Shown here: piece by piece, positions 9,770 through 19,531 of the stretch
How the letters are laid out: each line of letters opens with the position of its first letter
How positions within the stretch are numbered: position 1 is the stretch's first letter
Assembly: GCA_049999805.1 (NCBI GenBank)
Contig: JBNGIO010006317.1
Coordinates: 189,182 to 209,181, forward strand
Direction of reading: 5' to 3'
Length of the DNA: 20,000 bases
Origin: Folioceros fuciformis
Lineage: Eukaryota
The notes under the pieces: generated by a model
Told to the model about the DNA's origin: nothing
The model's input: the letters and a program-made list of their open reading frames with translations, nothing else
The model's database searches: none
Made by a program: the position numbers and the translations under genes

Positions 9770-12619
9770 ATGGCTGCGTGGTGTGCCACACAAAGGGTGG
9801 CGCAGCCTCCTGCAGCACCAGATTTTGCGCACCTGTCAAAGGAAAGGTGGTGGGATGGCAGGAGGAAGAGCACGAACCTGAGGATGGGGCCCAACGAGCA
9901 GGCTTGCGGGATCCTTGCGCTCAAGCCAGCACCTCCCGGCCAAATTCTTGCTACGCCTTCGGAATGCGAGAAGGTCTTAACGTCCGCGACTGTGAGGCAG
10001 CTCTGTGAGCAGGGGCAGATCGCTGAGGCTGTCGAGGCTTTGGGTATTCTGGTGGAGACTGGCTGTCGGATTTCTCAGCCTCTCTTTTACACGGTTGCGA
10101 AAGGCTGTGTGGGTAAGAAGGATTTGATTCTGGGTCGCCGTGTGCATGCTGTCATAGTGAAAGGGGGATGTGAGGGGGACACGTTCTTGTGCAACCACGT
10201 GTTGCGGATGTATGCGGCCCACGCCAGGTTGGGTGAAGCCATGGATGTATTTGAATTGGTTGCCAGACCAGATGCCTTCACGTGGTCTGCCATAATTTCT
10301 GCTCATGTCAAACACGGGCAAGATAAGCGGGCCATACAGCTGTATCGCCAGATGCGCAGGTCGGGCTTGCATCCGGATGGTCATGTGTTCGTAGCTGCTC
10401 TTCAGGCTTGTGCAAGGGGAGCAGATTTGGAAACTGGTCAACAGGTGCATGCCGACGTATTGGCAGCTGGGGCTGAGGCTGATTTGTTCGTCTGTAATGG
10501 CTTGGTGGACATGTATGCGAAGTGTGGCAGCTTGGATGAGGCGCGCAGAGTGTTTGACGGAATGAGCCAAAAGGATGTGGTTACCTGGACAGCTCTGATT
10601 GCAGGTTATTCTCAGCAGGGCATGGGTGAGGAAGCCCTTTTTCATTACAGCGCCATGCAAGAAGAAGGCATTGCTGTAGCCGATTCTGTGACATTTGTCT
10701 GCCTGCTGCAGGCATGTGCAAGCGTGGGTATCTCAGTTTTAGAGAAAGGGATAGAGCTTCATGCGCAGATTGGAAAACGAGGTCTTCTCATGGATGCTGT
10801 TCTTGGTTGTAGCCTGGTGAATATGTACGTAAAGTGTGGCAGCCTGAAGGAGGCCAGGAGTGTGTTCGACGATCTTCGTGAAAAGAATGTGGTGACATGG
10901 ACTGCTCTGATAGCGGGATATTCCGAGCAGGGAAAGGGTGAGGAGGCCCTTAATCTTTACGCTGCTATGCAAGATACAGGCATGGCTGCACCCAACTCTG
11001 TGACATTTGTCTGCCTTCTGCAAGCCTGTGCAAGTGTGGGCACCCTGGCTCTGGAGAAGGGGAAGCAACTTCATGCCCACATTGGAGAGCAAGGTCTCCA
11101 GGCCGATGTGTTCGTCGCCAACAGTTTGGTGAACATGTATGCAAAGTGTGGCAGCTTAGAGGATGCACAGGGTGTGTTCGACGCACTTGGTCACGGTCAA
11201 AAGAATGTAGTAACATGGAATGCCATGATAGCAGGGTATTCCCAGCAGGGAATGGGTCAAGAGGCTCTTGGTCTCTACAGGGCCATGCAAGAAGAGGGGA
11301 TGATTGCCCCTGATTCTGTGACTTTTGTTTGCCTCCTGCAGGCATGTGCTAGTTTGGGCACCCCGGCTTTGGACATGGGGATGCAACTTCATACTCAAAT
11401 CAGAGAATGTGGACTTCAACGTGAGGTGATCGTAGCCAACAGTCTGGTGAACATGTATGCAAAGTGTGGGAGCTTGGAAGAGGCAAAAGTGGTATTTGAC
11501 GGGCTGTGCCAAAAGAATGTTGTTTCGTGGACCACTCTGATAGCAGGGTATTCTCAGCAGGGCATGGGCCAGGAAGCTCTTCGTCTGTACAAAGCAATGC
11601 AAGAAGAAGGGACTGTGGCCCCCAACTCTGTTACTTTCGTATGCCTCTTGCAAGCTTGTGCACATGTGGCAGCTTTGGATCTGGGAAGGGATCTTCATCT
11701 TCAGATCGAAAAGCAAGGCCTTCAATCTGATGCACTTGTAGCTGTGAGTTTGGTAGACATGTATGCCAAGTCAGGGAGCATGGTTGATGCGCAGCTGGTG
11801 TTTGACGCATTGCCCAAAAGAGATGTTGTCGCATGGAATGCTTTGATTTCAGGCTACACCCGACAAGGCAACAGCGATATGGTTTTTGACCTGTTCCATA
11901 GAATGAGAGAGGATGTCATACAGCCAGCCGGCGCCACCCTCTTGAGTGTTTTAACAGTATGCAGTCATGTGGGTCTAGTGAATGAGGGACAGGAGTACTT
12001 TAAAGCTATGACCGGACACTACGGTGTGACCCCCACAGTGGAACACTACACATGCATGGTGGATCTCCTTGGTCGCGCAGGCCAAGTGGAGGAGGCACTG
12101 GGAATGATACAAACAATGCCTATGCTGCCTGATGCTGCAGTTTGGCACACTCTCTTGGGTGCTTGTCAAAAGTGGAGCAATGTGGAAGTGGGACTCCTTG
12201 CTTTTGATGAAGCAGTGAAGCTAGACAAGACAGACGCGGCTGCGTATGTGTTGATGTCGAACATATACACCAGTGCGCAAATGTGGGAGCAGGCACAGGA
12301 TATGCAGGTGAGTAGAAAAGGGACCGGGGCCTTGAAGCAGCCAGGCCAAAGCTTCTGGACAGACCTGGACGGGCAAGTGCATAGTTTCTTGGTTGAAGAT
12401 CTGAAGCCCACTGAAAGTGCAGGTCATCACACAGACCCCAAACACCAGTTCTTTGGAACGCATGTGGCTGGATCACTCGTACGTGTGGATCATCCCTCAT
12501 TATTACTCATCGTGAAATGTCTGCGAGTTTTCGTTCATGGTCAAAATGACACGGCCTACATATCCAAAGTGGACAGGCGAATTGTTACATACGGACAAAA
12601 CATATTACACAAGGACTGA
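9770..12619 (+). CDS. PLS-class PPR protein (about 20 motifs, including 37-aa long-L motifs) with E1-E2 and a degenerate WW-type DYW domain; probable organellar RNA-binding/editing specificity factor lacking its own catalytic site
   Basis: First ATG at 9770 in good context (ctaccATGG); the ORF-track start 9614 is GTG. An N-terminal ~70 aa extension is compatible with a transit peptide. Repeated S-P-L triplets follow (SLVNMYAKCGSL / VVTWTALIAGYSQQG / SVTFVCLLQACASVG), then P2-L2-S2 (VCSHVGLVNEG, HYTCMVDLLGRAG), E1 (WHTLLGACQKWSNVEVG), E2 (AYVLMSNIY) and KQPGQSFWTDLDGQVHSFLVED. No HxE or CxxC follows. Confidence 0.93.
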   Translation: MAAWCATQRVAQPPAAPDFAHLSKERWWDGRRKSTNLRMGPNEQACGILALKPAPPGQILATPSECEKVLTSATVRQLCEQGQIAEAVEALGILVETGCRISQPLFYTVAKGCVGKKDLILGRRVHAVIVKGGCEGDTFLCNHVLRMYAAHARLGEAMDVFELVARPDAFTWSAIISAHVKHGQDKRAIQLYRQMRRSGLHPDGHVFVAALQACARGADLETGQQVHADVLAAGAEADLFVCNGLVDMYAKCGSLDEARRVFDGMSQKDVVTWTALIAGYSQQGMGEEALFHYSAMQEEGIAVADSVTFVCLLQACASVGISVLEKGIELHAQIGKRGLLMDAVLGCSLVNMYVKCGSLKEARSVFDDLREKNVVTWTALIAGYSEQGKGEEALNLYAAMQDTGMAAPNSVTFVCLLQACASVGTLALEKGKQLHAHIGEQGLQADVFVANSLVNMYAKCGSLEDAQGVFDALGHGQKNVVTWNAMIAGYSQQGMGQEALGLYRAMQEEGMIAPDSVTFVCLLQACASLGTPALDMGMQLHTQIRECGLQREVIVANSLVNMYAKCGSLEEAKVVFDGLCQKNVVSWTTLIAGYSQQGMGQEALRLYKAMQEEGTVAPNSVTFVCLLQACAHVAALDLGRDLHLQIEKQGLQSDALVAVSLVDMYAKSGSMVDAQLVFDALPKRDVVAWNALISGYTRQGNSDMVFDLFHRMREDVIQPAGATLLSVLTVCSHVGLVNEGQEYFKAMTGHYGVTPTVEHYTCMVDLLGRAGQVEEALGMIQTMPMLPDAAVWHTLLGACQKWSNVEVGLLAFDEAVKLDKTDAAAYVLMSNIYTSAQMWEQAQDMQVSRKGTGALKQPGQSFWTDLDGQVHSFLVEDLKPTESAGHHTDPKHQFFGTHVAGSLVRVDHPSLLLIVKCLRVFVHGQNDTAYISKVDRRIVTYGQNILHKD
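10505..11780 (+). repeat. Coding tandem repeat: S-P-L triplet units with ~312-bp period
   Basis: The motif gtg(g/a)a(c/t)atgta...aagtgtgg recurs at 10505, 10817, 11129 and 11447, with a more diverged copy at 11753 (spacings 312, 312, 318, 306). Units are very similar in protein sequence. Confidence 0.85.
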
Positions 12620-14292
12620 TTGGTCTCAGAAATATATAATCCACAATCTACCATACTACAAGCTGAAAGTGTGGTAATGGGTTGTCTGTTGCGTCTAGCA
12701 GAGGTAGGAATTGGAGGAGTATGGCCAACGAATTATGTTCAGGCTTGTCAGAACTTGCCAGATCAATGCTCATGACTAGATCTCACAGTGTCGATGACCC
12801 GTGGAATGCCTGTACATCCAGATTCTGAGCTACCACTCCGCAGTCTCCAGGTGAAAGTCTACTATCAGACGATCTCCCGAGCTCGTCACTGGCCAACCTG
12901 CGAAGGAGCACGACATATACATGTGTTGGTACCCATCTCCTCATGGTATGGCCATGATGCTCATGCTAACTTCTGGCCCTTTGCTGCAGATGCTGATTGA
13001 AGGTGTGAGCTACTTGTAACTCTCTTTGCAGGATTCTACTCGGGGTGTGCACACCCACTCAAGCACGTGGTAAGCGGTGTGAAGTGAACTTGCTGGGTTT
13101 CTTGTTGGTTTGTGGGTTCCAGTGTGGCGTGTGTGCCTCATCGTGAAGATGTGGTGTTATTCATTCAGGAAAAGCATGGTCACCAACCGCAGGAGAGAGG
13201 GCTGCTGCCGTGCACTCTGCACCAGTATGAATGTCGGTACCACGAGTCCGACTGACGGTTCTTTATTTTTTTGGATCTTCTGAATATCCTCCGGTTGCAA
13301 GGGTGTATGCAGTGCCCCACTCGTAGAAGAGACGAAACACTTGATTCTATCTCCAAAAAGGACGGACCTAGAGTAAGTCCACAAACTCGAGCTAGTGGTT
13401 CGCTTGAGAGACTGAACGCACCAGGGCAGTGATGCATCAAGACAAGTGCGTTTTCTATGACCAAAAACCGACCTCCAAATCGAAAGGGACGCGTACAAGA
13501 ATTTTCAAGCCGGATGAGACAAACAAACTGTAATGTGTGAACACAAAGCCATTCCTGCCTTCGTACTGAGGAGAAGAAGTTACTCGCTTCCCTGGCTGTG
13601 CCTCGCTGGGCATGAACAGGTTGTGTTTCGGTTTTATTATGTCTATATTTCTTTTCACTCTAAGTATGCTTTAGTTCCATGTCTGAAATGGTACGTGCAT
13701 ACTTCGGACAGTTTCCATCGTGCTACGCAGCAGGGATATAGAAGAGAAGGCAAATTGAAGAGGTTGAAGACTTTGCCAATAATAAGAACCCAAAACATTC
13801 TAACTAATCACAGTAACACGATCACAACGGGATTCGAATCCATAACCTTTTGACGTCAAGTGCATTGGACAAATCCATCCATCGCTCAATTCAATCCAAG
13901 CATAATTTGCGATTTGTTGAATACAGTGACGACAAACCCATCTCTCATGAGGATGAGGAGAAAAAATTGGAAGAGGGCCCAACTTATCCTAGGAAGAGAT
14001 GGGCAAGCCCATTTCATCTACCCGAGGAATGAGGAGGGGAATGCCCTATTGTTTACATGGCATGCTAGAAGAGAAGTTGCTAAATATTAATGAATGTAAT
14101 TAATGGACAGGTTGTGGCCGGCTGTGAATGGAGAATGGGTTGAGAGGAAGGAGTGAATTCGGGAACAATGATGAGTCGATGATGAAGGAGCCGTGGGCAG
14201 CCAGCTGGGCGGTCCATAACTCCGCCCACAAGGAGCGGGAGGGATTACAGACGCGGCCCGCGGCCCCGAAAGTGGATGATAGCTAAGCTAGC

Positions 14293-14307
14293 TAGGGTTT
14301 TTTAAAT
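14293..14307 (-). promoter_or_regulatory. Telo-box (AAACCCTA) overlapping a TATA-like element (TATTTAAA)
   Basis: The + strand tagggttttttaaata is tatttaaaaaacccta on the minus strand; a pyrimidine-flanked A (ctATCA) lies ~25-30 nt downstream near 14280. Confidence 0.45.
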
Positions 14308-14512
14308 AATGGGAATGGGAACGGGAACGGAACGGGACGGGACCTGGTACCGGCTGCAGCGTACAGTACTTGACCGGGAAAAGGTTATGCCACGCCCCTG
14401 TACTTGGCAAGCTGTAAAGCGCTGACGTCGTAGGTCCGATTGACCCGCTTGGCCCTGCCCTTTGACTCAAGGGAACCAGGAACCGGGCCCCGGCCGCCCG
14501 TCCCACCGGCCC

Positions 14513-14560
14513 GGCCCAGGCCCAGGCCCAAGCCCAGGCCCAGGCCCAGGCCCCGGCCCG
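14513..14560. promoter_or_regulatory. Tandem array of site II (TGGGCY/RGCCCA, TCP-type) motifs, hexamer repeat
   Basis: ggccca ggccca ggccca agccca ggccca ggccca ggcccc ggcccg: six consecutive perfect RGCCCA in a CpG-rich island, with CACGTG at 14591 and TGACGT at 14423. The repeat is directly visible; its function is inferred. Confidence 0.55.
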
Positions 14561-17500
14561 AGGCTCGCGACACACGCCGGCGGGTGGCGGCACGTGTGGC
14601 CAGCGCATGCGTGCCTGGCGGCTGCCTCTACCTTCACACTTCGCACTGTAATATACCTTTCTCCCCCATTCCGTTGTCGCCTCGTCCGCCTTTGACGGAG
14701 GCCCTGGATTCCGTTCCGTCTGGCCCTGTCCCATTGGCGCGGCACTGGACTGCAGAGCTCCCCTTTTCACTCCGCGCTCGATGCCGCCGCAATCTTCCTT
14801 TTCACGCTTCCGGTTTCCCCTTCCCCCGCTTCCGCGCTGCTTGCCCTAATCGGAGCTGCATGCCCAGGGTCCCGGGGGTAAGGGGAGGAGGCCCCCCTTT
14901 CCCCCCCCCCGGCTCATCAACGGCTTTCTTCATGCAGCTGGCCAAGCCGTGGTGGAGGGAAGGGAAGGGAAGGGAAGCCAGGTGGGAGTGGCGTGACGGG
15001 GGGGAGTGAGGTCACCTGCGGATTCACTTGCGACTGAAACCTCCCGCTTCTCTTTCTTTTTTTGTTGCATGCTCGAGGTCGAGGCCGAAGCCGGGGTCAG
15101 CAGCCAGTTGCAATGATATGCTATGGTGTACTTGGACGACATCATCGCATATTGGTGTTGCCGACACCAGGCTTACAATCTCTGTTGGTGGAAGCGACGA
15201 GGGGAGAAAGCCTCATGGGACGAGGGTATCCTCGTCGGTGTCAGAGCCCGGGGGTCCCAGCCACTGCCTTCATTAGGGTTTGCATGTCTAATCACCTGCT
15301 CCAGTTGCATGGTAATACGGAATGAGATTGTAGCCCTCATGACCGGTGCCACAGGGGAGAATACGATGCTGTGAACCTTCCCACCGTCCTTGCAACATAG
15401 CACACACACGGCATGCTGCTTTCGTCACATGACCGATGCCAGCCACCTATCGACATATGTACCTCTCGTTGCGTCCAGTGATTCGGAACTTGGCCCGGGA
15501 GGTCTAGTTTGCAGCATGTCCCCGGCCCTCGCCGAGGTTCTCCGGGATCTGAACTTGGATCTTGCTTAGCTAACCTTGTGGCCAGCTCCAGACCAAATTG
15601 TCCTGAAGGAAACCAAATCTTGAGGCTGGATCTGAGCCGTGTTGTCTGTGCGATGAGCCTGGCTGTGAGGAGCAGAGTAGGCCAGGCCAGTCTGGGAACA
15701 CCTGATTCTGCCCTCTTGTGCCACCGCTCTGATGAAGCGGACGCAGTGGCGCCTGCGAGAAAGCTGCGGCGCGGCAGAGACGGTTAGGGCTTTCTGGTAG
15801 ATGGATACACAGATATGTTACAACAAGAGGCAGGCAGGCACTGCTCTGGAGGCATGATGATGGATTGAGAGAACGTGAATTCATCTCCCATCTCATGGTA
15901 TGAACATGAACAAGGGCGTTCTACATTCCGCCCTGCACCACCTTGTGCATGCGTCCAATTGAGTGTGTGAGCGAGTGAGTGAGTGGGAGTCTTGGCCGAG
16001 GAAGTCCAAGCGTAGTCTAGGTCAATCCTCGCAGCAGGCATTGTCACATACTGCAGACTGCCTGCCCCTGCCTAGTGTATATATACAAACTGTGGCGCAG
16101 AGGGCAGTGTAAGCACGTGGCGAAGATTAGAGGTGTGTAAGACACCATGCCCCTGCTGCTTGGTGCGTGATCCCATGAGGTGGCCTGACGATGGAACTGG
16201 CTTACTGATCCATGCTGCTGGACGTCATGCGTACCGCAGCATCTGCATGAACCACGGCGTTCCACGCCGGCTGGCAGGGCTGGGCTGGCTGTATGATGCA
16301 TACATCATGCGCCGGCACCCTTTCTAGGGAGGGAAATGGCGGTGTTGAGATCTGTGCGACCCCACCAGGTCCAGTAACCGCAGCACTGGAAAGGGCCAAC
16401 AACAGAAGTGAACCGTCGATGCTAGCCAGGCGCTGGGCCAAGGAAGAGAGCTTGGAAGACACCCTTCGAACCCACGACCGGACCATAGTAAACAAATTTC
16501 TCGACTAGGTATGTAGAGGTATAAAGGTCCGAGAAGTTTCAGTTGTTCCACCATCTTAGTGCGGCCGGACTCCCACTATACTGTGCTACCACCTATGAGA
16601 CTCGTTATTGTTATATAAAATCTCACGAATCCTGGGAACAAGTCCTTCCAAATTTCGGTGAATCTTCAAATGACGGCAGGAGCGACAATATTCCCTCGAG
16701 CTTTATGCTGCAGCCAAGCTTAGACTACTCCTGGACTAGAACAACAGGCTGCAGACAAACCACGAAAGATGGCAAAAACGTTGCTTCACAAATGTTGTCT
16801 CTGAATCACCGACTTGCAACATGTCCACAGGCAGAAGCAGAACCTCCATCCATATCATCTGATCTACGCTGTTTCCTGCAAATTCATCTACCAAGTGCAG
16901 TTTCCACCCTTTTCGCGGCCACTATGTGCGTGATAGAAGAAAAACTCCTCTACTAGTAGAAGCCTCCAGGCACTCCAGCTCCCGCAGGATCCACAAAGCT
17001 AAAGAGCAGTTCCTCTTCGCTCACCACAGCCACAGGCCAGAACTGTCTGTCTGTCACAAAAGCCTTTCGAAAAACCGACAGCTAGCTTAGCTACTTCTTG
17101 AGATTTGCTAGTATAAGATGCATATACAAAGGGGTGAGTGACAACGGGCAGACATAAAGAACCAAGTTTGAGCTTGCTCCCTCGGATTTCCCTGCAGCTC
17201 CTTCCTATCTATCCTGCAAAACTCTTGGTTAATATATACCAGCAGTTACAACTGTCCCTAACAGCTGGAGAGGCCTATTATGCCGCCACCACAACCGCCA
17301 CCGCCTCTTCCTGCTGCTCCTCCTCCTCCCTTCCGTCAGTCATCACTGAGAAGAACTGTCTTCTTCGACCGCACACACAGAAGCCTTGCCATTGCATCAT
17401 CCATCTTTCTCCAAGGCTCCACCCCTCAGCATTCCGGCAGGATTGGCTGAGGGAAGAAAGGAGAGACACCGACCCACACACACCGTGCCTCCTCGAGCAC

Positions 17501-17941
17501 ATCCGCTGTACAATGAGATCAACAAACCACCAAAGGTCTTTAAAGCACTACCTCAAAACCTCCCTCTCCCTTCCATTTCACTTCATATAACATGCCTTGC
17601 CTCCGAGAGACAACACTATGAAGCACGCATGGCATGGACAGGACATGTCGTCATCACTCAGTTTCCCATAGACCCGAGACTCTGGCACCACACACTCAGA
17701 TAAGATGACCACAAAGTAGTCAAGATGACATACACGTGTGTCAGCCTCCCTGGGTCATTGGGAACAAGAAACCTGGGACTCCACAACACAGCAACACACA
17801 CAAGCTGAGAGCAAGACATGAGCTGAGGTAACAAAAAAAAGACGGAAGACTGATGACTTCACTTGCACTGCATCGTTGGTTCCGACTGGCAACTAGATAG
17901 ACAATGGCTCCAGGCATGAACGCACGACAGTCCTTCCAACC

Positions 17942-18028
17942 CTGCTGCTACTACTAGCGGTATTAGTGGCTACTACAGCTACTACTACTAGGACTACCCC
18001 ACAACTACTCCCGGTTGCTGCTGCTACT
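17942..18028. repeat. Degenerate (CTA/CTG)n low-complexity tract just downstream of the F-box/Kelch stop codon (3' UTR)
   Basis: ctgctgctactactagcgg...gctactacagctactactactaggactac...gctgctgctact. Confidence 0.6.
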
Positions 18029-18030
18029 GG

Positions 18031-19422
18031 TCAGGACTTCATTACAGCAACGTTGGAGATGAAATGGGTCTCGGTGTTAGCCACCCGCCTCCAAGCCAAA
18101 GGCCCGCCGGATGGGTCGGGCTTGCAGGCATCGATGTGGGGCACAGGGCCGTCGAGGCTCTGGCCCCCGATGACCCACAACTCCCCACCCAGGGAACGGA
18201 AACCCAGCCCCCATCCATGGTTGGTAATGCCCCGGGAGGGCACCTTGCCCAGGCTGGACCACTCCTTCGTCTGCTTGTCATAGCTTTTGAGCTCGAGGCA
18301 GGATGCGTCCAGCGCATAAAGCTGGTCGTCCACCACGGCCACCAGAGGAGGCGCATACTGACCTAGATTGGCATGCGGCATCTGGTCCGGCCACATACCC
18401 TCCACGAGCGTCCACCTGCGGGTCTCAGGGTCGTAGAACTCCCCGCTGCTGAGCTGCACCAGCTGCCCCGCCTCGTTCATGGTCATCCCGCCCAACACGT
18501 AGAAATGCTTGTCCATGAAGAAGCCGGAGCACTCACGGCGGGGGAAATGCATGTCCTCCAACAGCTCCCACTCGCGCGTCTCTGAGCTGAATCGTTCCGC
18601 GCTCTTCCGGATAGCCATAGGACCCCCGGCCGCAAACACACCCCCGGCAACCCACGCGTACTTCCCGTAGCTGGCGGATGCGAACAACGAGCGCTGCTCC
18701 TTCATGGACTGCGCCACCGACCAGCCATTTACATCGGAATCGTACATGTAGATGATGGCCTTGGTGCAGCCAAAGGTGCTGTCCATCGTCTGACCCACAA
18801 CCAGCAGCTGCCGCCCAGCCACCGTGCACTCCCGATCGCAGGTCTGGAACATGACATCCCTTGGCAGGTTCGGCAGCACCAGCCATTGCAGTGTCGTGGT
18901 GTCCAGCGCCTTCCAGAGCAAGTCCTGGCCCCTGGTGTGCCCGGACGTGCCCATGTAGACCCACTCCTCCAACACGCAAAGTTCCTGCCGGATTCTATAG
19001 ATGAGGCTGGGTCCAAGGATCTCGCGCCACGCCTTGGACACCTGCCGGAACCTGCCGTAGAAGCTGCGCGGAATTCTGGCCAGGATCCACAGGCTTATCT
19101 CCTGCGGCAGACCCGGGATCACGTCATGCACGTTGGACGTGGATGTCCCGTCCTCGGAATTCGGACTCGTCTCCACGTTCTGGTTTTGGTTGTGATTCTC
19201 CTTGTCCCTCTTGCGGCAGTTGCCGATATCCTTGCTGTTGTTGCTGGTGGTGGAGATGGAGAGGGACGAGTAAGGGTCCGGGTGGTTCCCTTCTCCGGAA
19301 GCCGACGCCGAAGCCCCCGTCGATACCACCTCGTCTGCCTCCCGGGGGTCCGCCAAAATGCACCCTTCCACACGAAGTCGCTTCGCCATCATCCCCGGGC
19401 GCCGCCGGCTGATCCTGCTCAT
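18031..19422 (-). CDS. F-box/Kelch-repeat protein (SKIP11-like clade), 463 aa, intronless as seen; N-terminus could extend into the adjacent gap
   Basis: F-box IPGLPQEISLWILARIPRSFYGRFRQVSKAWREIL followed by EEWVY. Kelch repeats: LLVVG...YMYDSDVNGWS..QSMKEQRSLFASASYGKYAWVAGG...SAERFSSETREWELLEDMHFPRRECSGFFMDKHFYVLGG...SGEFYDPETRRW. Also APPLVAVVDDQLYA and HGWGLGFRSLGGELWVIGG, which are typical of this plant clade. Confidence 0.93.
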   Translation of the reverse strand: MSRISRRRPGMMAKRLRVEGCILADPREADEVVSTGASASASGEGNHPDPYSSLSISTTSNNSKDIGNCRKRDKENHNQNQNVETSPNSEDGTSTSNVHDVIPGLPQEISLWILARIPRSFYGRFRQVSKAWREILGPSLIYRIRQELCVLEEWVYMGTSGHTRGQDLLWKALDTTTLQWLVLPNLPRDVMFQTCDRECTVAGRQLLVVGQTMDSTFGCTKAIIYMYDSDVNGWSVAQSMKEQRSLFASASYGKYAWVAGGVFAAGGPMAIRKSAERFSSETREWELLEDMHFPRRECSGFFMDKHFYVLGGMTMNEAGQLVQLSSGEFYDPETRRWTLVEGMWPDQMPHANLGQYAPPLVAVVDDQLYALDASCLELKSYDKQTKEWSSLGKVPSRGITNHGWGLGFRSLGGELWVIGGQSLDGPVPHIDACKPDPSGGPLAWRRVANTETHFISNVAVMKS

Positions 19423-19431
19423 GAAACCGAC

Positions 19432-19531
19432 NNNNNNNNNNNNNNNNNNNNNNNNNNNNNNNNNNNNNNNNNNNNNNNNNNNNNNNNNNNNNNNNNNNNN
19501 NNNNNNNNNNNNNNNNNNNNNNNNNNNNNNN
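19432..19531. other. Assembly gap (100 N, probably a placeholder of unknown true size)
   Basis: Run of exactly 100 n. Confidence 0.99.

Noticed and set aside
9977-12500. Long antisense ORFs over the PPR genes (also 5497-8378, 4618-5100 and 18042-19620)
   Set aside because: Shadow ORFs opposite or overlapping real coding sequence; no recognisable domains.
13580-13600. cttccctggct partial match to miR408
   Set aside because: Only ~11 nt match and no fold-back precursor visible.
14167-14184. Two box C-like motifs (atgatga, gatgatga)
   Set aside because: No box D (CTGA) or terminal stem at a suitable distance downstream.
14240-14275. Minus-strand ggccgcgtctgtaatccc resembling an SRP/Alu-domain UGUNR motif; nearby AAACCCTA considered as a telomerase RNA template
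   Set aside because: No SRP helix 8 motif or Pol III terminator seen. The telomere-like match is only 8 nt and overlaps the TATA-like element, which fits a telo-box better.
14652-14663. atacctttctc resembles the 5' end of plant U2 snRNA
   Set aside because: Similarity ends after ~11 nt; no GGCCTTTTGGCTAAGATCAAGTGTAGTA branch-point region or Sm site.
14288-15009. Long ORFs with AW, GP, GL or RP dipeptide repeats
   Set aside because: Artefacts of translating the GC-rich (GGCCCA)n hexamer array in six frames.
16570-16700. USE-like ctcccactat plus tatataaa ~31 nt later (snRNA-type promoter geometry)
   Set aside because: The USE deviates from RTCCCACATCG and the downstream sequence matches no snRNA I recognise.
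15173-17703. Short ORFs in 15-17.7 kb (e.g. GKVHSIVFSP WD40-like word; 16293-16508; 17386-17703)
   Set aside because: No extended domain similarity or coherent exon structure could be established by eye.
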